Positions 35,856-45,809 of a stretch of DNA of 64,000 nt are shown in pieces. How positions within the stretch are numbered: position 1 is the first letter of the stretch; every line of letters begins with the position of its first letter. The notes under the pieces were generated by a model. It was given only the letters and a program-made list of their open reading frames with translations, was not told where the DNA came from and did not search any database. Location: NCBI GenBank assembly GCA_038200355.1, contig JBBPXZ010000006.1:9954-73953 (forward strand), in the 5' to 3' direction. The position numbers and the translations under genes are program-made. Source of the DNA: Pyrinomonadales bacterium. Its GTDB lineage: Bacteria; Acidobacteriota; Blastocatellia; Pyrinomonadales; Pyrinomonadaceae.

Positions 35856-37385
35856 TCATTCGACAATTAACGTGCAGTTGTAAGCGGCTTCAAACAAATC
35901 TTTTTTCAATTCGATGGCTTCGCGCTCGACGGTGCAGTCTTTGTCGCTTATGAGTTTGAGCGATAGATTTTGCTTGTCGAGCTTGAATTTCATTCCGGTT
36001 ACGTGGCTTTCGTGTCCTCTATCCAGGGCTTCGGCGAGCCGGAGAAGCGCGCCCATTTGCGCGACAATCAAGCGGTCTTTTTCGCTCAACTGCATATAAT
36101 CGAGATGTTTTTCTTTGGGCATCGCGCCGCGATGATAGCGGGCGATGTTGGCGATGAGGTTTTTTTCGGTTTCGCTGAATCCGGTCATTTCCGAATGTTT
36201 TATCAGATATTGCGAGTGTTTGTGGTGCGCTTCGTGCGAGATGTGATAGCCGACATCGTGCAGAAGCGCGGCGGCGGACAAAAGCGTTCGGTTGTGGCGT
36301 TTGAGGTTGTAGACGGGCGCGAGCGCGTCGAAAATCGTTTCGGCTAAATCGGCGACTTGCAGGGCGTGCGATTCTTCATAGTGGAAACGCCTGCCGATGG
36401 CGAAAACGTCGCGCAGCTGTTTGTCTTCTACGTCGGGAACGGGCGGCAGCGATTCGGATTCAATCCGCCGCAGATAGTCGATAATAACGCCTTCGCGCAG
36501 AGCATACGCGCAGATTTGCAGCGTTTCGATTTCCAGCGCGCGCATCACGCATTCTAAAATCTGCCCGCCGGCAACGATGACTTCGGCGCGCTGCGGGCTG
36601 ATAACGGGAAGCTGGACGCGTTTTTCAATCGGCAAACTCGCCGTCATTTTATTCAAAGCGGCGAGTTTTTTTAATCCAATCTGCATCTGCGTACCCGAAT
36701 TCATATTCGATTGAAAATTAAGCATTCCGGCGAGATTAAGCGCCGTTCCCGAAGTCGCGCTGGAAATATTCCATCTCTCGCTTCCTATCTTTCGCAAGGG
36801 ATGTTCGAGCGCGAACGCAATTTCGGTTTGCAGATTTTTTATCTCTCTGTTTTTCGGCGGATTCGAGAGCAGAAATCTTTCTGTCAAGCCGACAGCGCCG
36901 AGCTTCATCGAGAAAAGTTTGTGCGGCTCGCCGTTTTTTATAAACGATAATTCAGTCGAGCCGCCGCCGATGTCGATATTTAAAAGCGACGAATTTTCAG
37001 CCGCGAAAAACTGCGACGCCGCGACGCCGATGAGCCGCGCTTCTTCGATTGAAGATAAAACGTCGATATGAACGCCGGTTCGATTTTCGATTTCGCGCAC
37101 GAATTCCGCGGCGTTCTGGGCTTCGCGCACCGACGCCGTTGCGACGGCGATAATCGAATCGACGCCGCGGCTCTCGGCAATCGAGCGAAACTTGGCGATT
37201 GCCGCCGCCGAAAGATTTATCGCTTCGGCTGATAAAAATTTGCTGCGGAGCGTTTCGTGTCCGAGCCGGACGCGCTCGCGCTCCTGCAAAATGACGGTGA
37301 ACGAATCGCTGGCGGCGGCTTCGACGATAACGAGTTTGAGCGAATTTGAGCCGATGTCGATGGCGGCGAGCTTTTGTGTTTTCAT
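35856..37385 (-). CDS. ppx: exopolyphosphatase / guanosine pentaphosphate phosphohydrolase (Ppx/GppA)
   Basis: It has the ASKHA N-domain (AAIDIGSNSLKLV, DIGGGSTE) and a C-terminal HD domain (LLHDVGY). I moved the start to ATG 37385 (MKTQKLAAIDIG). Confidence 0.9.
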   Translation of the reverse strand: MKTQKLAAIDIGSNSLKLVIVEAAASDSFTVILQERERVRLGHETLRSKFLSAEAINLSAAAIAKFRSIAESRGVDSIIAVATASVREAQNAAEFVREIENRTGVHIDVLSSIEEARLIGVAASQFFAAENSSLLNIDIGGGSTELSFIKNGEPHKLFSMKLGAVGLTERFLLSNPPKNREIKNLQTEIAFALEHPLRKIGSERWNISSATSGTALNLAGMLNFQSNMNSGTQMQIGLKKLAALNKMTASLPIEKRVQLPVISPQRAEVIVAGGQILECVMRALEIETLQICAYALREGVIIDYLRRIESESLPPVPDVEDKQLRDVFAIGRRFHYEESHALQVADLAETIFDALAPVYNLKRHNRTLLSAAALLHDVGYHISHEAHHKHSQYLIKHSEMTGFSETEKNLIANIARYHRGAMPKEKHLDYMQLSEKDRLIVAQMGALLRLAEALDRGHESHVTGMKFKLDKQNLSLKLISDKDCTVEREAIELKKDLFEAAYNCTLIVE

Positions 37386-37461
37386 CTTTTTATATATTAA
37401 GACGTATAATCGAAATCGTAAATTTGAAATTTTCGGTTTTTCAAAGACTTCAAGCGATTTT

Positions 37462-37950
37462 ATGAAAGTGAAAAAAGTGATGACGAGCGATGTCGGAGTG
37501 TGCCGTCTGGAAGACGATTTGACGAAAATCTTCGATGTAATGCGGCAGAAAGACTGCGGCGTCGTGCCGGTTGTAAATGGCGAAAATGTTCTTGCCGGCA
37601 TAATCACCGACCGCGACGTTTGCCTTTTTCTCGCCGCCCGCGACAAGAAAATCGCTGGTGTTAAAGCCGGAGAAATAATCGGCGGCGAAACGATTTGCTG
37701 CGAGCCGGACGATAAAATCGAAACGGCTTTGAAAAAAATGCGGAAACACCAATTAAAACGCCTTCCGGTTATCGGGAAATCGGGCGAAATCGTCGGTATA
37801 TTATCGGTGAGCGACGTTTTGCGGAAAGTTAAAAAAGACAGGAATCTGAAGAAGCGAGCGTATAAAACGCTTGAAGGTATTTTCGAGCCGCGCCCGATTG
37901 TTCTGCACGAAATCGGCGCTCAGACCATTGAGACGAGCGACGGCGAATAA
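37462..37950 (+). CDS. CBS-domain pair protein
   Basis: 162 aa from MKVKKVMTSDV, with two CBS motifs. The longer ORF from 37192 overlaps ppx on the opposite strand. Confidence 0.8.
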   Translation: MKVKKVMTSDVGVCRLEDDLTKIFDVMRQKDCGVVPVVNGENVLAGIITDRDVCLFLAARDKKIAGVKAGEIIGGETICCEPDDKIETALKKMRKHQLKRLPVIGKSGEIVGILSVSDVLRKVKKDRNLKKRAYKTLEGIFEPRPIVLHEIGAQTIETSDGE

Positions 37951-37959
37951 TTCACAAAT

Positions 37960-38460
37960 ATGAAAACGATTTTTCTTCTGCGCCACGCCAAATCGAGCTG
38001 GGAAGACGATAATCTGGCTGATTTCGACCGACCGCTCAACAGGCGCGGGCTTGAAATTATTCCGCTCGTCGGCGAAAAAATCTACGGCGACAAGTTTCAA
38101 ATCGACCTGATTCTGTCGTCGCCCGCAAAGCGCGCCGAACAAACCTCGATTTTAATAAAGGAAGCGGCGCGGCTCGATGCCGAAATTCATTATGACGAGC
38201 GAATTTACGAAGCCAGCCCGCGCCGTCTTCTCGAAGTCGTTTCCGGGACGACCGAAAACGCCGATTCGATTATGCTCGTCGGACACAATCCGGGACTCGA
38301 AGGGTTTATAAAAACTTTAACCGGCGAAACTCAATCAATGGAAACGGCAGCTTTAGCCGTCGTCGATTTGCGAATCGAGCTTTGGAACGAGACCGACGCC
38401 GGCTGCGGTTTCGTCCGCCGAATGATTAGCCCGAAAAGTGATTTGCAGGCGTGGGAATAG
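37960..38460 (+). CDS. sixA: phosphohistidine phosphatase SixA
   Basis: 166 aa with the RHG motif LLRHAKS and GHNPGLE. Confidence 0.85.
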   Translation: MKTIFLLRHAKSSWEDDNLADFDRPLNRRGLEIIPLVGEKIYGDKFQIDLILSSPAKRAEQTSILIKEAARLDAEIHYDERIYEASPRRLLEVVSGTTENADSIMLVGHNPGLEGFIKTLTGETQSMETAALAVVDLRIELWNETDAGCGFVRRMISPKSDLQAWE

Positions 38461-38554
38461 GTTTTAGGTTTTAGGTTTTAGGTAAAATAAATTCTTGCCT
38501 AAAACCTAACCCCTGAAACCTAAAACCTGTTCCCTGAAACCTAAAACCTAACCC
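38461..38554. repeat. 7-nt-periodic word hairpin (GTTTTAG x3 versus a CCTAAAA/CCTGAAA/CCTAACC array x8)
   Basis: It starts immediately after the sixA stop, and its right end overlaps the rluD stop codon. Confidence 0.85.
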
Positions 38555-39492
38555 TTTATCAATTGGAGAAAATCCATTAATTCCGGCGGCAGCGGCGCGT
38601 AGAACTCCAATCTTTCAGCGGTTTTCGGGTGCGTGAAACTTAAACGTTCGGCGTGCAGGAAAAATCTTCCCAACTCTTTAATCGCCTGACGAATCGTTTC
38701 GTCTTTCATATTGTTGTCGCGCCCGCCGTTGTAGGTTTCGTCGCCGACGACCGGATGATTTATATGCGCTAAATGCACGCGGATTTGATGCGTTCTGCCG
38801 GTTTTTATCTCGACGTTGAGCGACGTGAAACGCTCGTATCTTTTGCGAACCTGCCACAAACTCAAAGCTGCGCGCCCGTGTCCGCGTATCGCCATCTTCG
38901 TCCGGTTGTGTTTTTCGCGCGCAATCGGCTGGTCGATTTTTCCGCTTTTTTCCTGGATTTCGCCGTGAACCAGAGCGACATACGATTTGAAAACTTCGCG
39001 ATTTCTAAATTGTTCGCTCATCTGTTCGTGAATTTCTTCATTTTTTGCAATGACAATCAAGCCCGAAGTATCTTTATCGAGCCGATGAACGATGCCGACG
39101 CGATTTTCAAACTTTGAATCTTCGACCTGTAATTTGAAATGAAACGCGACGGCGTTGGCAAGCGTTCCGCCGTGGACGCCCGCGCCGGGATGAACGACCA
39201 TTCCCGCCGGTTTATCGATAACGGCGAGATATTCGTCTTCAAAAACGACGGCGAGCGGAATGTTTTCCGGCTCGAAAGTTTCGACGACGGGCGCGGGCAA
39301 TTCGATTTCGATATGGTCTCCGGTGCGAACTTTGTGAGAAGATTTCGCCGCGGTTTCGTTAACCGTAACATCGCCGTCGGCGACGACCTTTTGCAGACGA
39401 ACGCGACTCCAATCGGCGATATTTTCGGCAAGGAAAGCGTCGAGGCGTTTGCCCGCGTCGGTTTCGGACGCCTGAAAAGTTAGATATTCCAT
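38548..39492 (-). CDS. rluD: 23S rRNA pseudouridine synthase (RluA family, RluD-like)
   Basis: It has an N-terminal S4 domain, the catalytic motif HRLDKDTSG and the GRTHQIRVH motif. Confidence 0.92.
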   Translation of the reverse strand: MEYLTFQASETDAGKRLDAFLAENIADWSRVRLQKVVADGDVTVNETAAKSSHKVRTGDHIEIELPAPVVETFEPENIPLAVVFEDEYLAVIDKPAGMVVHPGAGVHGGTLANAVAFHFKLQVEDSKFENRVGIVHRLDKDTSGLIVIAKNEEIHEQMSEQFRNREVFKSYVALVHGEIQEKSGKIDQPIAREKHNRTKMAIRGHGRAALSLWQVRKRYERFTSLNVEIKTGRTHQIRVHLAHINHPVVGDETYNGGRDNNMKDETIRQAIKELGRFFLHAERLSFTHPKTAERLEFYAPLPPELMDFLQLIKG

Positions 39493-39496
39493 TTAA

Positions 39497-40303
39497 TTAA
39501 CGCCGGTTTATTGCCGGTTTCGCCGTTTTTAAGCGGTAAATCATAAAACAAACCGCGGCGAGCGCGACGAGCAGGCTAATCAACTGCGAAGTCGAAAGTC
39601 CGGTCAAATCGGTCAAGCCGAACAGATTGCCGCGCGGGTCGTCGCGAAAAAATTCGATTGTGAAACGAATGATGCCGTAAAGAATGCCGTAAGCGATTAA
39701 AACCTGACCGTCAAAGCGTTTATGTCGATGCAGATAATACAAGACGCCGAAGACGGCGAGCATCGCAAACGATTCGTAAAGCTGCGTCGGGTGCAAATCG
39801 AGCGGCAAACCGTTTTCAGTATAAATCGGAACGCCCGTAAATTCGTGCGCCTGTTCGGTAAAATGGACGCCCCAGAATAAATCGGTCGGTTTTCCCCAAC
39901 AGCATCCGGCGGAAAAACAACCCTGCCGCCCGAAAAATTGTCCGAGCGCGACGCCGGGCGCGAACGCGTCCGCAGCCTTCCAGAAGTTCAGCTTGTAATA
40001 ACGAACAAGAAAAACAAGCGTGAAAAATCCGCCGAGAAATCCGCCGTAATAAACGCCGCCTGAACGCAGGAAATCGAGCGAGAAAATATTGACGTTATCT
40101 TCGGTCAGATACATCAAAATCTTCGACCCTAAAAGCCCGCCGATAATCGTCCACAAACCCAAATCGTAAATCCGCTCTTTCGGCAAACCGTCTTTTGAAC
40201 CGAGCCGAGCCGCGACTACGAGTGCTAAAACCAAGCCGATTGCCAGCAGCAAACCGTATGTGTTGACGGGAAAATTACCGATGCGGAAAAGTTCTGGATA
40301 CAT
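39497..40303 (-). CDS. lgt: prolipoprotein diacylglyceryl transferase
   Basis: 268 aa polytopic protein with Lgt blocks (YGLLLAIG, GGFLGG, GRQGCF..GCCWG, HPTQLYES, RFTIEFFR). Confidence 0.92.
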   Translation of the reverse strand: MYPELFRIGNFPVNTYGLLLAIGLVLALVVAARLGSKDGLPKERIYDLGLWTIIGGLLGSKILMYLTEDNVNIFSLDFLRSGGVYYGGFLGGFFTLVFLVRYYKLNFWKAADAFAPGVALGQFFGRQGCFSAGCCWGKPTDLFWGVHFTEQAHEFTGVPIYTENGLPLDLHPTQLYESFAMLAVFGVLYYLHRHKRFDGQVLIAYGILYGIIRFTIEFFRDDPRGNLFGLTDLTGLSTSQLISLLVALAAVCFMIYRLKTAKPAINRR

Positions 40304-40372
40304 TTGTTTTGTTAGTTGTCGGCGAGCAATTATTTGTTGTCAAATAAAATTTTTATTTACACACGCGGCGCG

Positions 40373-40981
40373 TTATAACTCTTCGGGTTCGGGCAAAATT
40401 TCAAATTCAACGCGGTCGTAGATTTCGCGCAAACTCAATTCGCATTCGATTGTTTCGATTTTCAAAACGTCGTTTGCTTCGCCGCAGCTTCTGTAAATCC
40501 ATTCGCCGCTTTGATGTTTGCTGAAATGCTCGACGAATAATTTGTCCTGCGAAACTAAAACGTAATCGGTCAAAGTTTCGTTGCCCATTCGATATTTTTG
40601 AAATTTCGTCGTGCGGTCGTAAATTTCGGTCGAAGGCGAGAGAACTTCAAAAATCACTCGCGGATTAACGAGAACGTCTTTTTTTCGGTCGTGAAACTGC
40701 GGCTCGCCGCACACAATCGTTAAATCGGGATAAGAAAAAAGGCTCGCCGTCGTCGTGCGCACTTTCATATTCGGCGATAACGCTTCGCACGGTTTGCCTT
40801 TTAATTTATTACGAACTTCGCCCGAAAGATTTACGCAGACGCGGCTGTGCGAAAGGCTTTCGCCCGCCATCTGATAAATTGCGCCGTCGAGAAATTCGTG
40901 GCGCGCGTCTGCTTCGCGCTCGAAGTTCAGATAATCTTCGGGCGTGAGATTCGTCGCGGTTTTTATTTCGGCGAGCGCCAT
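40373..40981 (-). CDS. Uma2 (DUF820) family restriction-endonuclease-fold protein
   Basis: 202 aa with the typical N-terminus (T.EDYL..E....HEF.DG) and the PD-(D/E)xK-like core PDLTIV...VIFEVLSPST. Confidence 0.8.
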   Translation of the reverse strand: MALAEIKTATNLTPEDYLNFEREADARHEFLDGAIYQMAGESLSHSRVCVNLSGEVRNKLKGKPCEALSPNMKVRTTTASLFSYPDLTIVCGEPQFHDRKKDVLVNPRVIFEVLSPSTEIYDRTTKFQKYRMGNETLTDYVLVSQDKLFVEHFSKHQSGEWIYRSCGEANDVLKIETIECELSLREIYDRVEFEILPEPEEL

Positions 40982-40986
40982 AAGAT

Positions 40987-41685
40987 TTACTCGGCGGCAG
41001 ATTTCGCTCCGGCTTTGCCGACCTGAACACGCGCCGGACGCAGAAGCTGATTGCCGAATTTATAGCCGCGCGAATATTCCGCTGTAACGAGTCCGTCCTT
41101 GTCGGGCGAAACTTCAACGGCGTCAATCGCTTCGTGCAGTTCCGGGTCAAATTCCGCGCCGACCGCCGCAATCGGCTCGACGCCGACGCTAGTTAATGCC
41201 TGTTCAAAAGAACGCGCCGTGCCTTTGACGCCGCCGAGCAGATTCTCGAACGAAGTATTTTGCTCGGACGCGTTTATCGCCAGATTTAAATTGTCTGAAA
41301 TCGGCAGAAGCGTCGTCAGGAAATTAAATTGACTCTGACGCGCGCGGTCTTCGAGAGTTTTCATCAGGCGCTGACGCATCTCAGCCGTTTCGCGCTCTAT
41401 TTGCGTTTTAACTTCTTCAAACTTCGCCTGCACGCCAACGAGCTTGCCTTCGGCACCTTCGCGGCGCTCAGTTTCGGCTTTGAGACGCGTTTCCAGTTCG
41501 ATTTCACGCGCCGATTTGACAGCTTCTTTCGATTTTTCATCTTTTGCGTCCATATCGATTCTGCCGCCTTCGTTATTAAAACGCCGTTTGTCGTTCGCCG
41601 GAATGTCTTCTGCCTGTCCTTCTAAAATTTCTTCTTCATTAAAATCTTGTTCACTCATTTTTTTACTTTTAAACCAGTTGTTCAT
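40987..41685 (-). CDS. grpE: nucleotide exchange factor GrpE
   Basis: It has a coiled-coil N-half and the GrpE beta-domain (..EAIDAVEV..GLVTAEYSRGYKFGNQLLRPARVQV). The start could instead be ATG 41658. Confidence 0.9.
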   Translation of the reverse strand: MNNWFKSKKMSEQDFNEEEILEGQAEDIPANDKRRFNNEGGRIDMDAKDEKSKEAVKSAREIELETRLKAETERREGAEGKLVGVQAKFEEVKTQIERETAEMRQRLMKTLEDRARQSQFNFLTTLLPISDNLNLAINASEQNTSFENLLGGVKGTARSFEQALTSVGVEPIAAVGAEFDPELHEAIDAVEVSPDKDGLVTAEYSRGYKFGNQLLRPARVQVGKAGAKSAAE

Positions 41686-41761
41686 AAATTCGGATAAGTT
41701 TTATAACTTGCTGAGAAACTTAGTCTAGCAAACCATTTATCTTTTGGGAAAATTGTTAAAA

Positions 41762-41860
41762 GCAGCCAATAGTGAATAGTGAACATTGAAAGCGGGAAGC
41801 AAATACAATTAGTTGGACGAATTCTTCACTTTTAGTTTTTCACTATTCACTATTGACTGC
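41762..41860. repeat. 7-nt-periodic word hairpin (AGTGAAT words) between clpB and grpE
   Basis: GCAGCCAATAGTGAATAGTGAA pairs with TTCACTATTCACTATTGACTGC as a ~22-bp stem with one mismatch and a ~50-nt loop. Confidence 0.8.
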
Positions 41861-41862
41861 CT

Positions 41863-44460
41863 TTAAGCCGCCGTCGCCGTCGCTTCGGGCGTAAATTTCA
41901 GCTTGCCGTCGCCGCTCGCGGAAACGCGCAGAATGCTTCCGTTTGAAATCTCGCCGTTAAGGAGTTTGACCGCCAGCGGATTTTGAATCAGCGTTTGAAT
42001 TGCCCGCTTTAAAGGGCGCGCGCCGAACGTCGGGTCGTAGCCTTCTTCGACGAGCAGCTCTTTCGCCGAATCGTCTAAAACGATTTGAATTCCGCGTTCG
42101 CCGAGCGTTCCGCGCAGGCGTTCAAGCTGAACTTCAATAATGGCTGCAATCTGCTCACGCGCCAATTGTTTGAAGACGACAATATCATCTATTCGGTTCA
42201 AAAACTCCGGTTTGAAATAATCGCGCAGCACTTGCGTAACGGCTTCGCGCATCTGTTTATCGTCGCTGCCGATTGATTGAATTTCACGCGAACCCAGATT
42301 CGATGTCATAATCAAAACCGTGTTTTTGAAATCCACGACGCGCCCTTTAGAATCCGTAAGTCGCCCGTCGTCAAGTATTTGCAGCAGAATATTGAACACG
42401 TCCGAATGCGCTTTTTCGATTTCGTCAAACAGCACGACGGAATACGGACGCCGCCGCACGGCTTCCGTAAGCTGCCCGCCTTCTTCATAACCGACGTATC
42501 CCGGCGGCGCGCCAACCATTCTGGCAACTGCGTGTTTTTCCATATATTCCGACATATCGAGCCGGATGAGCGCCCGTTCGTCGTCGAACAGAAATTCGGC
42601 TAAAGCCTTTGCCGTCTCGGTTTTACCGACGCCCGTCGGACCTAAAAAGATAAACGAGCCGACCGGACGATTCGGGTCTTGAAGTCCGGCGCGGGCGCGG
42701 CGAACCGCATTGGCAACCGCTTCGAGCGCTTCGTCCTGACCGATAACCCGTGAGCGCAGTTTGTCTTCCATCGTAACGAGCTTCTGCATCTCGCCTTCGA
42801 GCATTTTGGAAACCGGAACGCCCGTCCATTTGGCGACGACTTCCGCCACGTCTTCCTCATCAACTTCTTCTTTGAGGAAAACGCCGTCGGTTTGCAGTTC
42901 CGACAAATGATGCTGCTCGCCTTCGATTTGTTTTTCGAGCGTCGGAATCGTGCCGTATTGCAGTTCGGCGGCTTTATTTAAATCACCGGCGTTTCGCGCC
43001 TGCTCCAATTCCAGCCTGGCTTGTTCGAGCTTTTCCTTGCCGCCGCGCATCTTCTCGATTTCGTCTTTTTCCGACTGCCATTGCGCCTTCATTCCGCCGG
43101 ATTGCTCCTGCAAATCGGCAATTCGTTTTTCGATGTCTTCGAGCCGCGATTTAGATTTTTCGTCCGTTTCGCGCTGTAAAGCCTGGCGCTCGATTTCAAG
43201 CTGCAAAATTTCGCGCTCCAATTCGTCAATCTCCTGCGGCAGAGAATCGATTTCGATTCGGATTTTCGACGCCGCTTCGTCAATCAAATCAATCGCCTTG
43301 TCGGGCAGAAACCTATCGGTAATATAACGATTTGAAAGCGTCGCGGCGGCGACAATCGCCGAATCTTTGATGCGAACGCCGTGATGAACTTCGTAGCGTT
43401 CTTTCAAACCTCTGAGAATCGCAATCGTATCTTCGACATTCGGCTCGCCGACAAAAACGTTTTGAAAACGCCGTTCGAGCGCTTTGTCTTTTTCGATATA
43501 TTTCTGGTATTCGTTCAAAGTCGTCGCGCCGACGCAGCGCAGCATTCCGCGGGCAAGCGCCGGTTTGAGCATATTCGACGCGTCAATCGCGCCTTCGGAC
43601 GCGCCCGCGCCGACTAATGTGTGCAGTTCGTCGATAAACAAAATTATGTTTCCGTTGGCTGCTTCGATTTCCTTCAAAACGGCTTTTAAGCGGTCTTCAA
43701 ACTCGCCGCGATATTTCGCGCCCGCCAGCATCGAACCCAAATCCAAGCCGACAAGTCGTTTGCCTTTAAGAGTTTCCGGCACGTCGCCCGAAATGATTCT
43801 TTGCGCCAAACCTTCGACAATCGCCGTTTTACCGACGCCCGGCTCGCCGATTAAAACCGGATTATTTTTCGTTCTGCGGGATAAAACCTGAATCGTTCTT
43901 CTGATTTCGTCGTCGCGCCCGATTACCGGGTCGAGCTTTCCTTTTCTGGCTCGTTCAGTCAAATCCAGCGCGTATTTTTCGAGCGCCTGAAAGTTTTCTT
44001 CGGCGTTCTGGTCGGTGATTCGGCTGCCGCCGCGCATATCGGTTACAACTTTTTCAACGTCTTCTTTTGTAACGCCGTTCGAGCGCAAAATGCGTCCGGC
44101 ATCGCCTTCTTTCTCGTCGGCAATCGCCATCAAAATATGCTCGGTCGAAGTATATTCATCGCGCATTCGCTCGGCTTCTTTTTGGACAGCCTGAAAAATC
44201 GTGTTTGTCCGTGAGCTGAAATACTGCTGACCGCCGGAAACTTTCGGAAATTTAGCGATTGCCGCTTCGATTTCACTCTCTACGGTCGGAACGTTCGCGC
44301 CAATTTTTCCGAGAATCGGACGAACGACGCTTTCCTTTTGTTCGAGCATCGCGGCGAGCAGGTGTTCCGGCTCGACCTGTTGGTTCTGATTTTTTTCGGC
44401 AACGCCGATTGCCGCCTGAATCGCTTCCTGCCCGCGAATGGTAAATCTGTCGAATCTCAT
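41863..44460 (-). CDS. clpB: ATP-dependent disaggregase ClpB
   Basis: 865 aa with a Clp_N domain, D1 Walker [10 protein letters not shown], a long M-domain coiled coil and D2 Walker [10 protein letters not shown]. Confidence 0.97.
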   Translation of the reverse strand: MRFDRFTIRGQEAIQAAIGVAEKNQNQQVEPEHLLAAMLEQKESVVRPILGKIGANVPTVESEIEAAIAKFPKVSGGQQYFSSRTNTIFQAVQKEAERMRDEYTSTEHILMAIADEKEGDAGRILRSNGVTKEDVEKVVTDMRGGSRITDQNAEENFQALEKYALDLTERARKGKLDPVIGRDDEIRRTIQVLSRRTKNNPVLIGEPGVGKTAIVEGLAQRIISGDVPETLKGKRLVGLDLGSMLAGAKYRGEFEDRLKAVLKEIEAANGNIILFIDELHTLVGAGASEGAIDASNMLKPALARGMLRCVGATTLNEYQKYIEKDKALERRFQNVFVGEPNVEDTIAILRGLKERYEVHHGVRIKDSAIVAAATLSNRYITDRFLPDKAIDLIDEAASKIRIEIDSLPQEIDELEREILQLEIERQALQRETDEKSKSRLEDIEKRIADLQEQSGGMKAQWQSEKDEIEKMRGGKEKLEQARLELEQARNAGDLNKAAELQYGTIPTLEKQIEGEQHHLSELQTDGVFLKEEVDEEDVAEVVAKWTGVPVSKMLEGEMQKLVTMEDKLRSRVIGQDEALEAVANAVRRARAGLQDPNRPVGSFIFLGPTGVGKTETAKALAEFLFDDERALIRLDMSEYMEKHAVARMVGAPPGYVGYEEGGQLTEAVRRRPYSVVLFDEIEKAHSDVFNILLQILDDGRLTDSKGRVVDFKNTVLIMTSNLGSREIQSIGSDDKQMREAVTQVLRDYFKPEFLNRIDDIVVFKQLAREQIAAIIEVQLERLRGTLGERGIQIVLDDSAKELLVEEGYDPTFGARPLKRAIQTLIQNPLAVKLLNGEISNGSILRVSASGDGKLKFTPEATATAA

Positions 44461-44717
44461 AAGTTCTTATAAACTCCGTAAAAATATTGCTTAGTGTTAT
44501 TCAATAATAAAACCTGAGTGTCTTTCTGTCAAATATTTTCGTTGAAATATTGCTCCGTCAAATTAAAGATACGACTTTTCAGATGACACTTTTCGATTTG
44601 AAAGGTATATTTACAAAGCAGATTTATTTAATCCGAAAAAGAATTTCCACAAATTGACAACGCGAGGCTGCCGAAAAGTCATTGTAAATTTGCGGCTGCG
44701 TCTCTGTTCAAATAAAA

Positions 44718-45809
44718 ATGAAAATTTTACGAGAAATCTTATCGCCCCTCGCCGCGATTTTTGCCGCGTTTGTCGTCGGCGGAATTTTAGTTTTATTAAT
44801 CGGCGACAATCCTTTTAATACGTTTCGCTTGCTGCTCGGCAACTCGTTCGGCTCGGCGAAAGACATCGGCTACACGCTCTTTCTGGCGACGCCGCTGATA
44901 TTTACGGGCTTGGCGGTAATGGTCGCTTTTCGGTGCGGGCTTTTGAACATCGGCGCGGAAGGTCAGCTTTATGTCGCGTCGTTTGCAACCGCTTGGGTCG
45001 GAATCGTTTTCGGCGGAACGGTCGTCAATGTTTTCGGCGCGGACGTAAATTATTCGTGGATGTCGCTTCCGGCGATTCTGCTTGTTCCGCTCTGCATTTT
45101 AACGGCGATGGTCGTCGGCGGAATCTGGGGCGCGATTCCGGGCGTTTTGAAAGCGAAATTCGGCTCGCACGAAGTAATCAACACGATTATGCTGAACTTT
45201 ATCGCAATCGCGTTAGTCAGTTATTTTACGCAATACCATTACAAAGTCGCGGGCGACCCGATTCTGCAAACCGCGCCGATTGGCAAAGCCGCATACATTC
45301 CGCAATTAAATCAATTTCTGCCTTTCATTCCGGCTGACGTGCCTTTAAGCGTCGCGTTTCTGCTGGCGATTCTGATGTGTTTTCTGGTTTATATATTTTT
45401 ATGGAAAACCAAATGGGGCTACGAATTGCGCGCCGTCGGCGAAAACGCTTCGGCGGCTGAATACGGCGGAATTTCGCCGCAAAAACAAATCGTCATTGCG
45501 ATGACGCTTTCCGGCGCGCTTGCCGGAATGGTTGCAATCGGCGAAGTCCTCGGTTATCGCCACCGATATTACGACGCGTTTTCGGGCGAAGTCGGTTTTC
45601 TCGGAATCGCCGTCGCGCTTCTCGGCAGAAATCATCCGCTCGGCGTTTTCGTCGCCGCGTTATTCTTCGCGGTTTTACAGCGCGGCGAAATTTTCGTTGA
45701 CGCTTTTACGCCGCACGTTTCCAAAGACATCGGCTGGGTTTTGCAGGCGATTATTATTTTATTCGTCGCGTGTTTTCAAATTTACTCGAAAAAACGAGGT
45801 AAAATATGA
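44718..45809 (+). CDS. ABC transporter permease, BMP/nucleoside (YufP/NupB-like) family
   Basis: 363 aa polytopic protein. It overlaps the next permease by ATGA. Confidence 0.82.
   Translation: MKILREILSPLAAIFAAFVVGGILVLLIGDNPFNTFRLLLGNSFGSAKDIGYTLFLATPLIFTGLAVMVAFRCGLLNIGAEGQLYVASFATAWVGIVFGGTVVNVFGADVNYSWMSLPAILLVPLCILTAMVVGGIWGAIPGVLKAKFGSHEVINTIMLNFIAIALVSYFTQYHYKVAGDPILQTAPIGKAAYIPQLNQFLPFIPADVPLSVAFLLAILMCFLVYIFLWKTKWGYELRAVGENASAAEYGGISPQKQIVIAMTLSGALAGMVAIGEVLGYRHRYYDAFSGEVGFLGIAVALLGRNHPLGVFVAALFFAVLQRGEIFVDAFTPHVSKDIGWVLQAIIILFVACFQIYSKKRGKI

Noticed and set aside
37192-37461. A long N-terminal extension of the CBS-domain ORF, and the 37386-37646 extension of ppx.
   Set aside because: The two extensions overlap each other on opposite strands. 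Conserved domain starts (MKVKKVMTSDV and MKTQKLAAIDIGSNS) define a normal 76-nt divergent spacer.
38461-38554. The periodic short repeats at 38461-38554 (and the similar word hairpins elsewhere in the window) could be miniature CRISPR arrays or telomere-like repeats.
   Set aside because: There are no unique spacers between repeats: the units are directly tandem with 7-9 nt periods. No cas genes are present. The arrays are internal to a gene-dense chromosome segment, and each is paired with its own reverse complement.
44461-44717. A purine or 2'-dG riboswitch or a CIRCE/HAIR operator in the clpB/ABC-permease divergent spacer.
   Set aside because: I found no match to the conserved purine-riboswitch loops or to the CIRCE/HAIR inverted repeats when reading both strands.
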